From contig NZ_JHUX01000007.1 of NCBI RefSeq assembly GCF_000619845.1, positions 120,001 through 152,000 of the forward strand: a DNA stretch of 32,000 nucleotides. Reading direction: 5' to 3'. This stretch comes from Alkanindiges illinoisensis DSM 15370 (lineage in GTDB: Bacteria; Pseudomonadota; Gammaproteobacteria; Pseudomonadales; Moraxellaceae). Both the position numbers and the translations under genes were made by a program. Below the pieces are notes generated by a model. The model made no database searches. It worked only from the letters and a program-made list of their open reading frames with translations, and had not been told where the DNA came from. This document shows positions 18,101 to 27,654 of the stretch, in pieces (positions within the stretch are counted from its first letter, which is position 1; each line of letters begins with the position of its first letter).

Positions 18101-18617
18101 CAATACCCGCCAGCAGGGCAGTTAGCAGTAACACGCCATGTGTGGTAATGGCTGCATCTTTAGGCTGATCCAGCAGCACCACCGTACTTAAGGCAATCGC
18201 CCGTAACTGCAGGGCCAGATACGGCAAAATCGCAACCACCGCCAGAATGGTAACCAGTGCAGCCAGAAAACCGGATTTGCCATAGCGCGCCGCAATAAAA
18301 TCGGCAATGGATGAAATGGGCTGGCGCTGACGGATATTGCCCAGCCTGCGCCAGACATCATAGGCAAACCACAAAAACAGCAAAGGCCCTAGATAGATCG
18401 GCAAAAAGCCAATGCCGTTGCGAACGGTTTCACCCACAGCCCCATAAAACGTCCAGGATGAACAATACACACCCAGCGTCAGGCTAAATAACAGCATGCG
18501 GCCACGCTGGCTTAGGCGGCTGGCATATTTCTCGCCAAAGAAGGCACAGGCAAATAATGCGGCAATATAAATGGCCAAAACACCCATTACCAGCCAGCTG
18601 TTCATGATTGTACCCAT
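15108..18617 (-). CDS. Hybrid sensor histidine kinase with N-terminal SSF/SLC5 transporter-like domain, PAS, HisKA/HATPase and C-terminal receiver (CrbS/MxtR-like)
   Basis: About 500 aa of multi-TM sequence resembles sodium:solute symporters. It is followed by a PAS-like region (VSVVDADMRLVAWNKRYLELF), the H-box FIAAASHDLLQP, a G-box (GVWDTGPGI...GIGLGLAIV) and a receiver domain (KVLCLDND...LLVDQHLD...LLKKP). AAGGA at 18630-18626 sits 8 nt before ATG 18617; the track start is 18626. Confidence 0.9.
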   Translation of the reverse strand: MGTIMNSWLVMGVLAIYIAALFACAFFGEKYASRLSQRGRMLLFSLTLGVYCSSWTFYGAVGETVRNGIGFLPIYLGPLLFLWFAYDVWRRLGNIRQRQPISSIADFIAARYGKSGFLAALVTILAVVAILPYLALQLRAIALSTVVLLDQPKDAAITTHGVLLLTALLAGIAMLFGTRQAASNGQQGGLMVAVAFESAVKLLALIIVALFVVLFSQHPVDQIGRDIGVTFQQIQREGLPDSFWTQTLLAGAAIICLPRQFHVAVVELKDKRHLNGARFWFSVYLLLMVLAIIPIASWALHMPSTTLPIPDVAVLMLPVIHEQTWLALLAFIGGFSAATGMLLVATLALSIMLSNDLILPALWRFNILSKNDQHLSYWIRMIRRVCIGVVMLLGYVVYRMLSDTNQLSAFGLLAFSAVIQFAPALIGGLYWRGGSCHGVIIGLLAGFALWGYTLFWPAILRNMPSSHQEWALSLLYQGPWQQHWLKPESLLGFSSLDPLTHGVLWSLGLNLLLYILVPKYKRLSIAEQIQAESFFKHDLYEEEPSSSASTNSTAGALEQLEQQTRLNIDDLIALSSRINGPQRTEAAFMQFAADNHLPFDKKMLADHRWWRFTEQYLASAVGAASARTLLTTVLVNNGLAVGQVVNILDQASQWQRFNQSLLMIMMDYMTQAVSVVDADMRLVAWNKRYLELFDYPVNFVYVGCPVANLIRYNAERGECGHGDVEDHIARRIMWMRAGNPHEFERQRADGRIIEMRGHPITGGGFVTTYADITVYRHTEALLEARVQERTQQLERALREQQYARQQADLANTSKTRFIAAASHDLLQPMHAARLFAAALEHANLPPADQETLQQLDRALHGAESIMTALLDIARLDGNGMKPNLTEFALNDLLHDLQVQFQPIAEQRGLQLRVHATRLWVKTDPQWLRRMLQNFVSNALRYTAQGRVVVGVMGSGSQPDHLRVGVWDTGPGIAEAQQAQLFAEFQRAGHTSPWGEQGIGLGLAIVERMAKRLGHQISFHSKVDHGSCFMLELPTVPPRQQTVSSSVPVQNTLTSLKVLCLDNDATILQGMQLLLDKWGCQLFLAQTPEQARQILSTETIQVLLVDQHLDAEIEGLEFLLKYNTNKIPAALITADSNPDLPQIVKEHSIVLLKKPLKPAALRAFLAGIRA

Positions 18618-18781
18618 CGACGTCATCCTTGCATGATAGCGCTGTTTTAAGGAGCAAAATTCCTTCTAGACCAAAGTCTAAGTTTCAAGTGTAGCGCAAG
18701 TTGCTACTGTCAAATGCATAAAATTGGCGAATAAACGCCCAGCGGCCACGGTTGGCTGTTTGTTAAAAAGCGAGGTGTAAC

Positions 18782-19183
18782 ATGGAAAATAGCGCAACAG
18801 AAAGCAGCGCAAGGCCCGGTGATAAACCAGAGGGTAGTGCAGAAGACAGCCACGTTCAGGCGGTGCTGAATAATCCAAAGTTTAAACTGCTGGTTCAAAA
18901 AAAACGAACGCTTAGCTGGAGCCTGTCAGCCCTGATGCTGATTATTTATATTGGCTTTATTTTATTGGTGGCCTACGCGCCAGACTTCCTGCACAGCTCG
19001 TTTAATAGTGGTGTCATTACCTGGGGAATTCCGCTGGGTATTGGCGTAATTGTGGCCGCATTTGTGTTATGTGCCGTGTATTCGGTGATTGCCAATGGAG
19101 AACATGAGCGCCTGACCCAGGACGTGGTCAACGACATCAAATCCCGTGAAACCCGTGATAACAGCCAGCAGGGAGCGCGCTAA
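18782..19183 (+). CDS. yjcH: DUF485 inner-membrane protein (YjcH-like), partner of ActP
   Basis: It has two TM helices after the conserved [16 protein letters not shown] motif. It sits immediately upstream of actP with a 1-nt gap, the conserved yjcH-actP arrangement. Confidence 0.85.
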   Translation: MENSATESSARPGDKPEGSAEDSHVQAVLNNPKFKLLVQKKRTLSWSLSALMLIIYIGFILLVAYAPDFLHSSFNSGVITWGIPLGIGVIVAAFVLCAVYSVIANGEHERLTQDVVNDIKSRETRDNSQQGAR

Positions 19184-19184
19184 C

Positions 19185-20960
19185 ATGCAGGATTCAGCAC
19201 TATCAACTTCAATACCGTCAGTTTCAAAAAGATTGGCTTTCACCATCTTAAACCGCAAAATAGCCGGCATGGGCACAATGGCCATTGCTGGTGGTATAAC
19301 CAGTATGGCTTATGCCTCACCGGATCTGGGGGTTGCCGAAAAGCAGGCCACCAACTGGACTGCCATTATCATGTTTGTGATTTTTGTGGCGGCCACATTG
19401 TTTATTACCAAGTGGGCTGCAAAAAGAACCAACTCCACCAGGGACTTTTATACCGCAGGTGGTGGCATTACCGGCTTTCAAAATGGCCTGGCCATTGCAG
19501 GTGATTTTATGTCGGCAGCTTCCTTTTTAGGGATTTCTGCCATGGTGTTTTCATCAGGCTATGACGGCCTGCTGTACTCGCTAGGCTTTATGGTAGGCTG
19601 GCCCATTGTCCTGTTTTTAGTGGCAGAACGCTTGCGTAACCTGGGCAAATACAACTTTTCCGATGTGGCGTCATTCCGGCTGGAAGAAAAACCAGTGCGG
19701 GCAATGGCAGCCGTGAACTCACTGGTGGTTGTTGCATTTTATTTGATTGCACAAATGGTTGGCGCAGGCCAGCTTATCAAGCTGCTGTTTGGCCTTGACT
19801 ACAACATTGCAGTGGTGATTGTTGGCCTGCTCATGATGGCCTATGTGATGTTTGGTGGCATGCTGGCCACCACCTGGGTGCAAATCATCAAGGCAGCCAT
19901 GCTGCTCAGTGGTGCCACCTTTATGGCCTTTATGGTGCTTAAGGAAGTTGGCTTTAGCTTTAGCAATATGTTCAATCAGGCTATTGCCGCCTATGGTACT
20001 GCACATGACATCACCACGGCTGAGGCCACCAAAATCATGGGTCCCGGCGGTTTGATTTCCAATCCGGTTGATGCCATTTCCCTAGGCTTGGCACTGATGT
20101 TTGGTACGGCTGGCCTGCCACATATCCTGATGCGCTTCTTTACGGTTAAGGATGCCAAGGAAGCCCGCAAATCCGTGGTGGTTGCCACCGGGTTTATTGG
20201 TTACTTTTACCTGCTTACCTTTATTATTGGCTTTGGTGCCATTTTATTTGTATCGCAAAATCCGGCCTATCTGGATACCGCCAAAATGGCCATGTCCGGC
20301 AAGCTGGAACTGATTGGTGGTGGAAACATGGCCGCTGTACACCTAGCCCATGCAGTTGCTGGTAACTGGTTTTTAGGCTTTATTTCTGCGGTTGCCTTTG
20401 CCACCATCTTGGCTGTAGTTGCCGGGTTAACCCTGTCTGGTGCCTCTGCGGTATCGCATGACCTATATGCCAATGTGTTTAAAAAAGGTCAAACCACCGA
20501 AGCCTCACAACTGCGGGTGTCCAAGATTGCCACCGTGGTACTGGCGATTTTTGCCATGTTCCTCGGTATTGTGTTTGAAAAGCAAAATGTGGCGTTTATG
20601 GTCGGGCTGGCCTTTGCTGTGGCTGCTTCGGCCAATTTCCCGGTGCTGGTGCTGTCCATGTTCTGGAAAGGTTTAACAACACGTGGGGCCACCATTGGCG
20701 GCTGGCTGGGACTGATTAGTGCCGTCGTACTGATTTTCTTCACCAAGGCCGTGTGGGTTGATACCCTAAAACTGGGTGACAGTGCGCCACTGCCATACAG
20801 CAATCCAGCGCTATTTTCCATGGTGCTGTCATTTGCTGCCTGCTGGCTGTTTTCAGTCACTGACAAATCAGCACGTGCTCAGCGTGAAAAAGCCCGCTTT
20901 GATGCCCAGTTTGTACGCTCCATGACCGGGGTAGGTGCTTCCGGGGCGCAGGATCATTAA
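19185..20960 (+). CDS. actP: Cation/acetate symporter (SSF family)
   Basis: [53 protein letters not shown] matches the ActP N-terminal region. GGGAG sits 9 nt before ATG 19185, directly after the yjcH stop. The track start at 19146 overlaps yjcH and is unlikely. Confidence 0.92.
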   Translation: MQDSALSTSIPSVSKRLAFTILNRKIAGMGTMAIAGGITSMAYASPDLGVAEKQATNWTAIIMFVIFVAATLFITKWAAKRTNSTRDFYTAGGGITGFQNGLAIAGDFMSAASFLGISAMVFSSGYDGLLYSLGFMVGWPIVLFLVAERLRNLGKYNFSDVASFRLEEKPVRAMAAVNSLVVVAFYLIAQMVGAGQLIKLLFGLDYNIAVVIVGLLMMAYVMFGGMLATTWVQIIKAAMLLSGATFMAFMVLKEVGFSFSNMFNQAIAAYGTAHDITTAEATKIMGPGGLISNPVDAISLGLALMFGTAGLPHILMRFFTVKDAKEARKSVVVATGFIGYFYLLTFIIGFGAILFVSQNPAYLDTAKMAMSGKLELIGGGNMAAVHLAHAVAGNWFLGFISAVAFATILAVVAGLTLSGASAVSHDLYANVFKKGQTTEASQLRVSKIATVVLAIFAMFLGIVFEKQNVAFMVGLAFAVAASANFPVLVLSMFWKGLTTRGATIGGWLGLISAVVLIFFTKAVWVDTLKLGDSAPLPYSNPALFSMVLSFAACWLFSVTDKSARAQREKARFDAQFVRSMTGVGASGAQDH

Positions 20961-20996
20961 ATGTGGTATTTCTTTCTCTATTAATCAGCGCTGAAT

Positions 20997-21020
20997 AAGG
21001 GGCATACAATGCCCCTTTAT
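20997..21020 (+). terminator. Hairpin terminator after actP
   Basis: AAGGGGCAT (20997-21005) pairs with ATGCCCCTT (21009-21017) around a 3-nt loop. Only a short T-tract follows (TTTAT). Confidence 0.6.
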
Positions 21021-21347
21021 CAGTTGGCTGGAGTAAAACACCTGTTGTCTCCAGCTCTCTTGGCTTGATGTCATCATAGCGCCCTGATTTTGTCGGGGCG
21101 TTTTTGCATTTCATCCAGAAAGCTGTAACCTGAGCGTGCTTTTTGCCCGTAAATGTGTTTTATTCGCGCTTCCTCAATCTATAACTCAAACTGAACTGAT
21201 TTTTTAGCTGGCCTAATGTTAGTACAAACAAAAAAGCCATTGATTAGTTAAAGTGAAGCTTGCAAGTTTTCGATGAATCTTCCACAATCCCAGCGAATTT
21301 CCTTCTTGTCATTTAGTCATCAGCTGTTCAGTCAAAAGGACTCTTGA

Positions 21348-22490
21348 GTGCGATATTTTTTCAACATAAATCGTCCTGCCAGAGCTTATCAATGGATGAT
21401 CCCGCTTGTGTGTGCAACGCTAATGAGCAGTTGCAGCCTGATCCCGGGCATGCGCACTGATGATCTGCCGGAAATGCCGCAGGAAGTAACGCCCTTAACC
21501 AATGGGCTGCAAGTCCAGTTGGTACCGGTTACTGCCGAGCTGACCAATCAGCTGTCAATCCCCCAGACCAGCTTTAATCAGGCATTGACCCAGTTGTTTG
21601 AACAGCAGCCTGCGGGCAATTATGTATTGCAAAAAGGCGATGTGCTGTCCATTTATTTATGGGCTTATCCTGAAATTACCCCAGCAGCAACCAATATTAC
21701 GCCCGCCAATGCTGAGCAAATTGGCTTTAAAATTGATCAGGAAGGCAATCTGTCCTTTCCGTTAATCAAGCAAATCCGGGCGCAGGGTAAAACAGTTACT
21801 GCCTTACAGCGGGAATTGAACCAGCGGCTAAGCCGATATCTCAAGCAGCCCGATGCACAGATTAAAGTATTACAATATAAGGGCCGCAAGTTTTTTGTAG
21901 GCGGTGAAGTCCGCTTGCCGGGCCAATACGTAATTTCAGATGAACCCGTTAACTTATACGGGGCATTAAGTGCAGCAGGCGGTATGTTGAATACCGGTGA
22001 CCTGAATGCCATTAGCCTGATCCGTAACGGAATAAATTACCAGTTTGGCTTACTGGATCTGCAAAAGCAGGGCTTGTCTCCTAATCAGCTCTATATCCAG
22101 AATGGCGATGAAGTTCATATCCTGTCGCGCGAAAGCCGCAAAATTTACTTTTTGGGTGAAGCTGGCCGACCAGCACCTTTAATCCTGCGTGAACAGGGCA
22201 TGAGTCTGGCTGATGTGATTGGTGAAGGGGCAGGCCTAAATCCGTTAAGTGCCAATCCAGCCAAAGTTTATGTCCTGCGTGACAATGCTCAAGGCAATCT
22301 AGCTACAGTTTATCAGCTGGATTTATCCTCTTTTACCAGTCTGGCTCTGGCGCAGCGTTTTGCGGTACAGCCACGTGACATTATTTATGTGGATGCCAGT
22401 GGACTTGCGCGCTGGAGCCGGGTACTGAATCTGTTATTGCCTTCAGCTAATGTGATTCGAACCGGGCAGCTGATTGGCAATGGCAACTAA
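21348..22490 (+). CDS. wza: Capsule/EPS export outer-membrane lipoprotein Wza
   Basis: The lipobox is ATLMSSC. The Poly_export/SLBB-type sequence VLQKGDVLSIYLW...GRKFFVGGEVRLPGQY is present. AAAGGA sits 7 nt before GTG 21348. The gene is followed by wzb and wzc. Confidence 0.9.
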   Translation: MRYFFNINRPARAYQWMIPLVCATLMSSCSLIPGMRTDDLPEMPQEVTPLTNGLQVQLVPVTAELTNQLSIPQTSFNQALTQLFEQQPAGNYVLQKGDVLSIYLWAYPEITPAATNITPANAEQIGFKIDQEGNLSFPLIKQIRAQGKTVTALQRELNQRLSRYLKQPDAQIKVLQYKGRKFFVGGEVRLPGQYVISDEPVNLYGALSAAGGMLNTGDLNAISLIRNGINYQFGLLDLQKQGLSPNQLYIQNGDEVHILSRESRKIYFLGEAGRPAPLILREQGMSLADVIGEGAGLNPLSANPAKVYVLRDNAQGNLATVYQLDLSSFTSLALAQRFAVQPRDIIYVDASGLARWSRVLNLLLPSANVIRTGQLIGNGN

Positions 22491-22505
22491 TAATGGTAGC
22501 AGAAC

Positions 22506-22940
22506 GTGGAATTTGAAACCATTTTGGTGTTGTGTACGGGCAATATTTGCCGTAGCCCGATGGCGGAAGGCTTGCTGAAACAGTATTTTCCAGACAAGAA
22601 AGTTTTGTCTGCTGGTTTACAGGGATTGGTGGATTATCCAGCGGATGAGCATGCCGTTGACCTGATGCAGGAAATGGAAATTGATATTTCAGCCCATCGC
22701 GCGCAAAAGGTAAACACAGAACTGCTGAGGCAAGCTGACCTGATCTTTGTGATGACCAAAGGTCAGTTAAAGCTGGTGGAAAAACAATGGCCTTTTGCCC
22801 GGGGAAAGACATTTTTGCTAGGGCACTGGCAGCATCAGGAAATTCCTGACCCCTATCAGCAGCCTAAAGGTGCCTTTATTTATGCCCGGGATATGATTAT
22901 TAGCGGCATTAAGGCATGGCATGAAAAATTGGTGGGATAA
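22506..22940 (+). CDS. wzb: Low-molecular-weight protein-tyrosine phosphatase Wzb
   Basis: The active-site P-loop is LVLCTGNICRSPMAE (CX5R), and DP is present in PDPY. The ORF is 144 aa and starts at a GTG. Confidence 0.9.
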   Translation: MEFETILVLCTGNICRSPMAEGLLKQYFPDKKVLSAGLQGLVDYPADEHAVDLMQEMEIDISAHRAQKVNTELLRQADLIFVMTKGQLKLVEKQWPFARGKTFLLGHWQHQEIPDPYQQPKGAFIYARDMIISGIKAWHEKLVG

Positions 22941-23069
22941 CATTCTTACAATGACAGTAACTTGCGAAATAATAAACAGGAGTTTGATCAAACCCTTATG
23001 TGGGTTCGGTCAATGGTTGGATGCAAGCGCTGTTATTGCGATTGATAAATTAAAGATCTGGATTAAATA

Positions 23070-25256
23070 ATGAGCGGGCAAAACCAAGGCACTTATACAG
23101 ACGACAGTATTGATCTCAAGCAATTATTTTTTATGCTCCTGCGTCAATGGAAAATTATTGTTGCCTGTGTCGTGCTGGCGCTGCTTCTGGCATTACTTTA
23201 CCTGCGCATTACCAGCCCAACCTATAGCGTGAATGGGTTGATTCAGGTTGAAGATAACAAAAATATGTCCACTGCGTTGCTGGGTGATGTTGCCAACCTG
23301 ATGGAAGTGCAATCACCAGCGCAAACCGAAGTTGAGCTCATCAAGTCACGTTTTGTGTTATCGAAAGTCATTGAAAACCTGAATCTGGATATTTCTATTC
23401 AGAGTCTGGATAACACCTTTAGTAATCGCCTGTTCAAGCGGACCCAGTATCAGACCACCCATAGCCCTTCACAGGTTATTATGAGCAACTCGCAGGGGCT
23501 TGCCTTACATATTAGGCAGCTTAAGGTTCCGGCTTACTTGCTGAACCAGCCACTGCAACTGCACTTTATTGATAATGAAAATTATGAGCTTGCGCTGCCC
23601 ACTGGTGAAATAGTTAAAGGGCGGGTTGGCCAGCCAGTCGCACAAATGGTATCGGGTGGCTTGCTGCAACTGAATATTAATAAAGCCCTAGGTGTAGCAG
23701 GCAGCAATTTCAGCATTAGCCAGATTGCCTTGCAAACCATGGTGGACCGAATTAATGCCCAGCTTAGCGCTGCTGAAAAAGGCAAGCTAACCGGCATTAT
23801 TTCAGTGAATTATACGGGTAGTGACAAGGTATTAATTACCAATACCTTAAATGAAATTTTAAAGGTTTATCTGGAACAAAATATTACCCGTAAATCGGCA
23901 GAAAGCCAGAATACACTGGCTTTTCTGGACAAGCAGTTGCCAGAGCTTAAGGCACAGCTTGAAACTTCTGAAAACCGTTTTAACCAGTTCCGCGAAAAAA
24001 ATGACACCATTGACGTCACCAAGGAATCTGAATTGCTGCTCACCCAGAATGTAGAGCTGGAAACCAGACGGATTGAACTGGAACAAAAACGTGCCGAGCT
24101 GGGTGCCAAATACACCAATGACTTCCCGCTAATGAAGGAAGTCACTGACCAACTGGCCGCCATTGCCCAGCGCAGCAAAGAATTAAACCAGCGCTTAAAC
24201 CGTTTGCCGGAAGTGCAGCGTCAGTACCTGCAACTGTACCGTGATGTGCAAATCAATACTGAACTGTATACCAGTCTGCTAAACAGCTACCAGCAACTTA
24301 AAGTGGTTAAGGCTGGCCAGATTGGTAATGCCCACGTGGTTGATCCGGCGATTTTGCCTCTTAAACCTGTACAGCCCAAACCCCTAATGGTACTCATCCT
24401 GTCAATTTTTCTGGGTGGCTTTGTCGGGGTATTACTGGCTTTACTTAGAAATATGCTGAGTAGCGGCGTTAAGGATGCTGAAAGCATTGAAGCCCAAACG
24501 AGCCTCCCCGTATATGCAACGCTGGCCCATAGCCCTATTCTGGATAAGTTTCGTTCAGTACGCAGTAAAACCTTACCGTTACTGGCCCTAGAAGACCATG
24601 AAGACCTGACACTGGAAAGCCTGCGTAGCCTGCGCACAGTGTTGTATTTTGCCCAAAAAAATGCCAAAAATAATGTGGTGTTGATTTCAGGTCCAGCGCC
24701 AGAAATTGGCAAGTCTTTTATTTGTGCCAACCTGGCCACTATTCTGGCGCAAACCGGCAAGATTGTATTGTTGATTGACGCTGATATGCGTCGTGGTCAC
24801 ATGCATAAGTACTTTAATGCAGATCCTGGCAATGGATTAGCTGATTACCTCAGTGGCAGTAAAGATTTGGCGGCACGCGATATCATTCAGGATACACCTG
24901 TAAAAGGCCTGTCTTTTGTCAGTAAGGGTTCTACCCCTGCTAATCCGTCAGAATTATTGTTAAATCCAGCCTTTGAAAGTTTCCTTCATGAAATTTCCGA
25001 GCAATATGATCACGTTATTATTGACTCACCACCATTATTGGCAGTAACCGACGGTATTATTATCAGCAAATATACGGGACTAAATTTGCTGGTAGCTCGT
25101 TATGGCAAAACGCCAATCAAGGAAATCAAGCTGTGTATGTCACGCTTGCAGCATTCTGGTCAAAATGTACATGGTCTGGTTCTCAATGATGTACCACAAG
25201 GTGCACTGCAAAGTGAAGGGTATTCGTATACGTATAAGTATCGATCGAAATCTTAA
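23070..25256 (+). CDS. wzc: Capsule co-polymerase / BY-kinase protein-tyrosine kinase Wzc
   Basis: An N-terminal Wzz-like domain (IDLKQLFFMLLRQWKII) is followed by a periplasmic coiled coil and a second TM segment. Walker A is SGPAPEIGKS and Walker A' is LLIDADMRRG. The C-terminal tyrosine cluster is EGYSYTYKYRSKS. Confidence 0.93.
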   Translation: MSGQNQGTYTDDSIDLKQLFFMLLRQWKIIVACVVLALLLALLYLRITSPTYSVNGLIQVEDNKNMSTALLGDVANLMEVQSPAQTEVELIKSRFVLSKVIENLNLDISIQSLDNTFSNRLFKRTQYQTTHSPSQVIMSNSQGLALHIRQLKVPAYLLNQPLQLHFIDNENYELALPTGEIVKGRVGQPVAQMVSGGLLQLNINKALGVAGSNFSISQIALQTMVDRINAQLSAAEKGKLTGIISVNYTGSDKVLITNTLNEILKVYLEQNITRKSAESQNTLAFLDKQLPELKAQLETSENRFNQFREKNDTIDVTKESELLLTQNVELETRRIELEQKRAELGAKYTNDFPLMKEVTDQLAAIAQRSKELNQRLNRLPEVQRQYLQLYRDVQINTELYTSLLNSYQQLKVVKAGQIGNAHVVDPAILPLKPVQPKPLMVLILSIFLGGFVGVLLALLRNMLSSGVKDAESIEAQTSLPVYATLAHSPILDKFRSVRSKTLPLLALEDHEDLTLESLRSLRTVLYFAQKNAKNNVVLISGPAPEIGKSFICANLATILAQTGKIVLLIDADMRRGHMHKYFNADPGNGLADYLSGSKDLAARDIIQDTPVKGLSFVSKGSTPANPSELLLNPAFESFLHEISEQYDHVIIDSPPLLAVTDGIIISKYTGLNLLVARYGKTPIKEIKLCMSRLQHSGQNVHGLVLNDVPQGALQSEGYSYTYKYRSKS

Positions 25257-25291
25257 AAATTACTGATGAATAGAGTATTGGGGAAAGCAAT

Positions 25292-26569
25292 ATGAACAAC
25301 TTGTCCAGCATTAAAATTGGGGTGATCGGACTAGGATATGTAGGTTTGCCATTGGCGGTAGAATTTGGCAAAAAATTTGATGTAGTAGGCTTTGACATTA
25401 ATCAAACCCGCATTAATGATTTGCAAAATGGCATAGATCATACACTGGAAGTCTCTACAGAGGAATTAAAGGCCAGTCCACGTTTGTCGTTTAGTTTTGA
25501 TTTAAACCAATTGGCTACCTGCAATTTTTATATTGTGACCGTACCTACCCCGATTGATGACTACAAGCAGCCAGATTTAACACCGCTGGTTAAGGCGTCT
25601 GAAACCATTGCCAAGGTACTTAAAAAAGGCGATATCGTGGTGTATGAATCCACGGTGTATCCCGGCGCTACTGAAGAAGACTGCATTCCTGTTCTGGAAA
25701 AAAATTCAGGTTTAAAATTTAACCAGGATTTCTTTGCTGGTTATAGCCCCGAGCGGATTAATCCTGGTGATAAAGAACACCGCGTGACTAATATCAAGAA
25801 AATCACTTCTGGTTCTACCCTAGAAATTGCCGATCTGGTAGATGCAGTCTATAACCAGATCATTACAGTGGGTACGCATAAGGCTTCCAGCATTAAAGTG
25901 GCTGAGGCTGCCAAGGTGATTGAAAATACCCAGCGTGATGTCAACATTGCGCTAATTAATGAGCTGGCACTGATCTTTAACAAGATGGGAATTGATACCG
26001 AAGAAGTACTCAAGGCCGCTGGCACCAAATGGAATTTTTTACCGTTCCGTCCCGGTTTGGTTGGCGGGCACTGCATTGGGGTTGATCCCTATTATTTAAC
26101 CCATAAGGCCCAGTCCATTGGCTATCACCCAGAGATTATTCTGGCAGGCCGTCGCCTCAATGACAACATGGGCGCGTATGTGGCTAACCAGTTGGTTAAG
26201 GCCATGCTCAAAAAACGTATGGTTGTGGATGGTGCAAAAGTCTTGGTCATGGGACTAACTTTTAAAGAAAACTGCCCGGATTTACGCAATACCAAAATTG
26301 TGGACATTGTGGCAGAACTCAAAGATTACAACATTCAGGTAGATGTATATGACCCTTGGGTAAATGCAAGCGAGGCAAAACATGAATACGGCTTGCAACC
26401 CATTGGCGCACCAGAAGCCGGACAGTATGATGGGATTATTTTAGCGGTCGCGCATGAACAGTTTAAGGCGTTAAACACTGAGCAAATCCGTGCATGGGGT
26501 AGAGAAGCGCATGTCCTGTATGATTTAAAATACGTCCTAGATAAAGACGCTTCTGACTTGCGTTTATAA
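25292..26569 (+). CDS. gna: UDP-N-acetyl-D-glucosamine 6-dehydrogenase (TviB/WbpO/Gna type)
   Basis: The Rossmann motif is [18 protein letters not shown] and the catalytic region is [12 protein letters not shown]. The ORF is 425 aa and lies at the conserved position after wzc. Confidence 0.88.
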   Translation: MNNLSSIKIGVIGLGYVGLPLAVEFGKKFDVVGFDINQTRINDLQNGIDHTLEVSTEELKASPRLSFSFDLNQLATCNFYIVTVPTPIDDYKQPDLTPLVKASETIAKVLKKGDIVVYESTVYPGATEEDCIPVLEKNSGLKFNQDFFAGYSPERINPGDKEHRVTNIKKITSGSTLEIADLVDAVYNQIITVGTHKASSIKVAEAAKVIENTQRDVNIALINELALIFNKMGIDTEEVLKAAGTKWNFLPFRPGLVGGHCIGVDPYYLTHKAQSIGYHPEIILAGRRLNDNMGAYVANQLVKAMLKKRMVVDGAKVLVMGLTFKENCPDLRNTKIVDIVAELKDYNIQVDVYDPWVNASEAKHEYGLQPIGAPEAGQYDGIILAVAHEQFKALNTEQIRAWGREAHVLYDLKYVLDKDASDLRL

Positions 26570-26581
26570 GAGGTGGGGTAC

Positions 26582-27616
26582 ATGAACGAAGTTAACCGTT
26601 TTACACAGGTCTGTACTGATCTTCAACAAAGTCCTAAAACATGGCTAGTTACCGGTGTGGCTGGTTTTATTGGTTCCAATTTATTAGAAACGCTATTGCT
26701 GCTTGATCAAAAAGTCGTGGGGTTAGATAACTTTGCCACGGGTTTTCAGCATAATCTGGATGAAGTACAAAGTCTGGTCAGTGCGGAACAATGGCAAAAC
26801 TTTCGTTTTATTGAAGGTGATATCCGCAATCTGGAAGACTGCCATAAAGCCTGCGCTGGCGTGGATTATGTATTGCATCAAGCAGCCTTAGGCTCTGTTC
26901 CACGCTCTATTGCTGATCCCATTACCACTAACAGTGCCAATATCACTGGCTTTTTAAATATGCTGGTTGCAGCCCGTGATGCACAGGTTGCAAGTTTTAC
27001 TTATGCAGCCAGTAGCTCTACTTATGGCGACCATCCGGCTTTGCCCAAAGTAGAAGCCAATATTGGCAATCCATTGTCGCCTTATGCTGTCACCAAGTAC
27101 GTCAATGAGCTGTATGCCGATGTATTTGCCCGCACTTATAACTTTAGCACCATTGGGCTACGCTACTTTAATATTTTTGGCAAACGCCAAACACCTGATG
27201 GTGCGTATGCTGCGGTAATCCCCAAGTGGACGGCTGCCATGATTAAAGATGAAGAAGTATTTATTAATGGCGATGGCGACACCAGCCGTGATTTCAATTT
27301 TATTGAAAATGCAGTGCAGGCCAATATTCTGGCGGCCACGGTTACTCATCCAGAAGCAAAGAATCAGGTCTATAACGTGGCTGTAGGTGGGCGTACCACA
27401 CTCAATACTTTGTTTGAAGCGTTAAAAGAAAATTTAAGCAACAATGGCGTAAATTATAGTAAAGCACCAGTGTATCGGGACTTTAGGGCTGGAGACGTAC
27501 GGCATAGTCAGGCGGATATCACTAAGATTCAAACGCTATTGGATTATGACCCTCAGTTTAATATTATTCAAGGGATTGAGAAAGCAATGCCTTGGTATGT
27601 GCAGTTTTTAAAGTAG
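26582..27616 (+). CDS. UDP-GlcNAc(A) C4-epimerase, TviC/WbpP-like extended SDR
   Basis: Motifs include [19 protein letters not shown], the catalytic S..Y...K context (SSSTYG...[11 protein letters not shown]) and [14 protein letters not shown] lies upstream of ATG 26582; the track start is GTG 26573. Confidence 0.85.
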   Translation: MNEVNRFTQVCTDLQQSPKTWLVTGVAGFIGSNLLETLLLLDQKVVGLDNFATGFQHNLDEVQSLVSAEQWQNFRFIEGDIRNLEDCHKACAGVDYVLHQAALGSVPRSIADPITTNSANITGFLNMLVAARDAQVASFTYAASSSTYGDHPALPKVEANIGNPLSPYAVTKYVNELYADVFARTYNFSTIGLRYFNIFGKRQTPDGAYAAVIPKWTAAMIKDEEVFINGDGDTSRDFNFIENAVQANILAATVTHPEAKNQVYNVAVGGRTTLNTLFEALKENLSNNGVNYSKAPVYRDFRAGDVRHSQADITKIQTLLDYDPQFNIIQGIEKAMPWYVQFLK

Positions 27617-27654
27617 TACAGATACTTGGCACAATAAAATAGCAGCAGAGCTAA

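Noticed and set aside
20857-21114. An 85-aa minus-strand ORF spanning the actP 3' end and terminator region.
   Set aside because: It overlaps actP and its terminator hairpins, and it has no SD or recognisable motif.
22941-23069. A 129-bp gap between wzb and wzc containing a short AACCC/GGGTT hairpin.
   Set aside because: I found no ORF, strong structure or repeat. An in-frame TAA at 23064-23066 rules out an upstream wzc start. It is probably just an internal spacer or promoter.
24287-24760. A 157-aa minus-strand ORF inside wzc. There are similar antisense ORFs in acs, actP, waaA and the porin gene.
   Set aside because: All are nested antisense to genes with strong family motifs. They are shadow frames.
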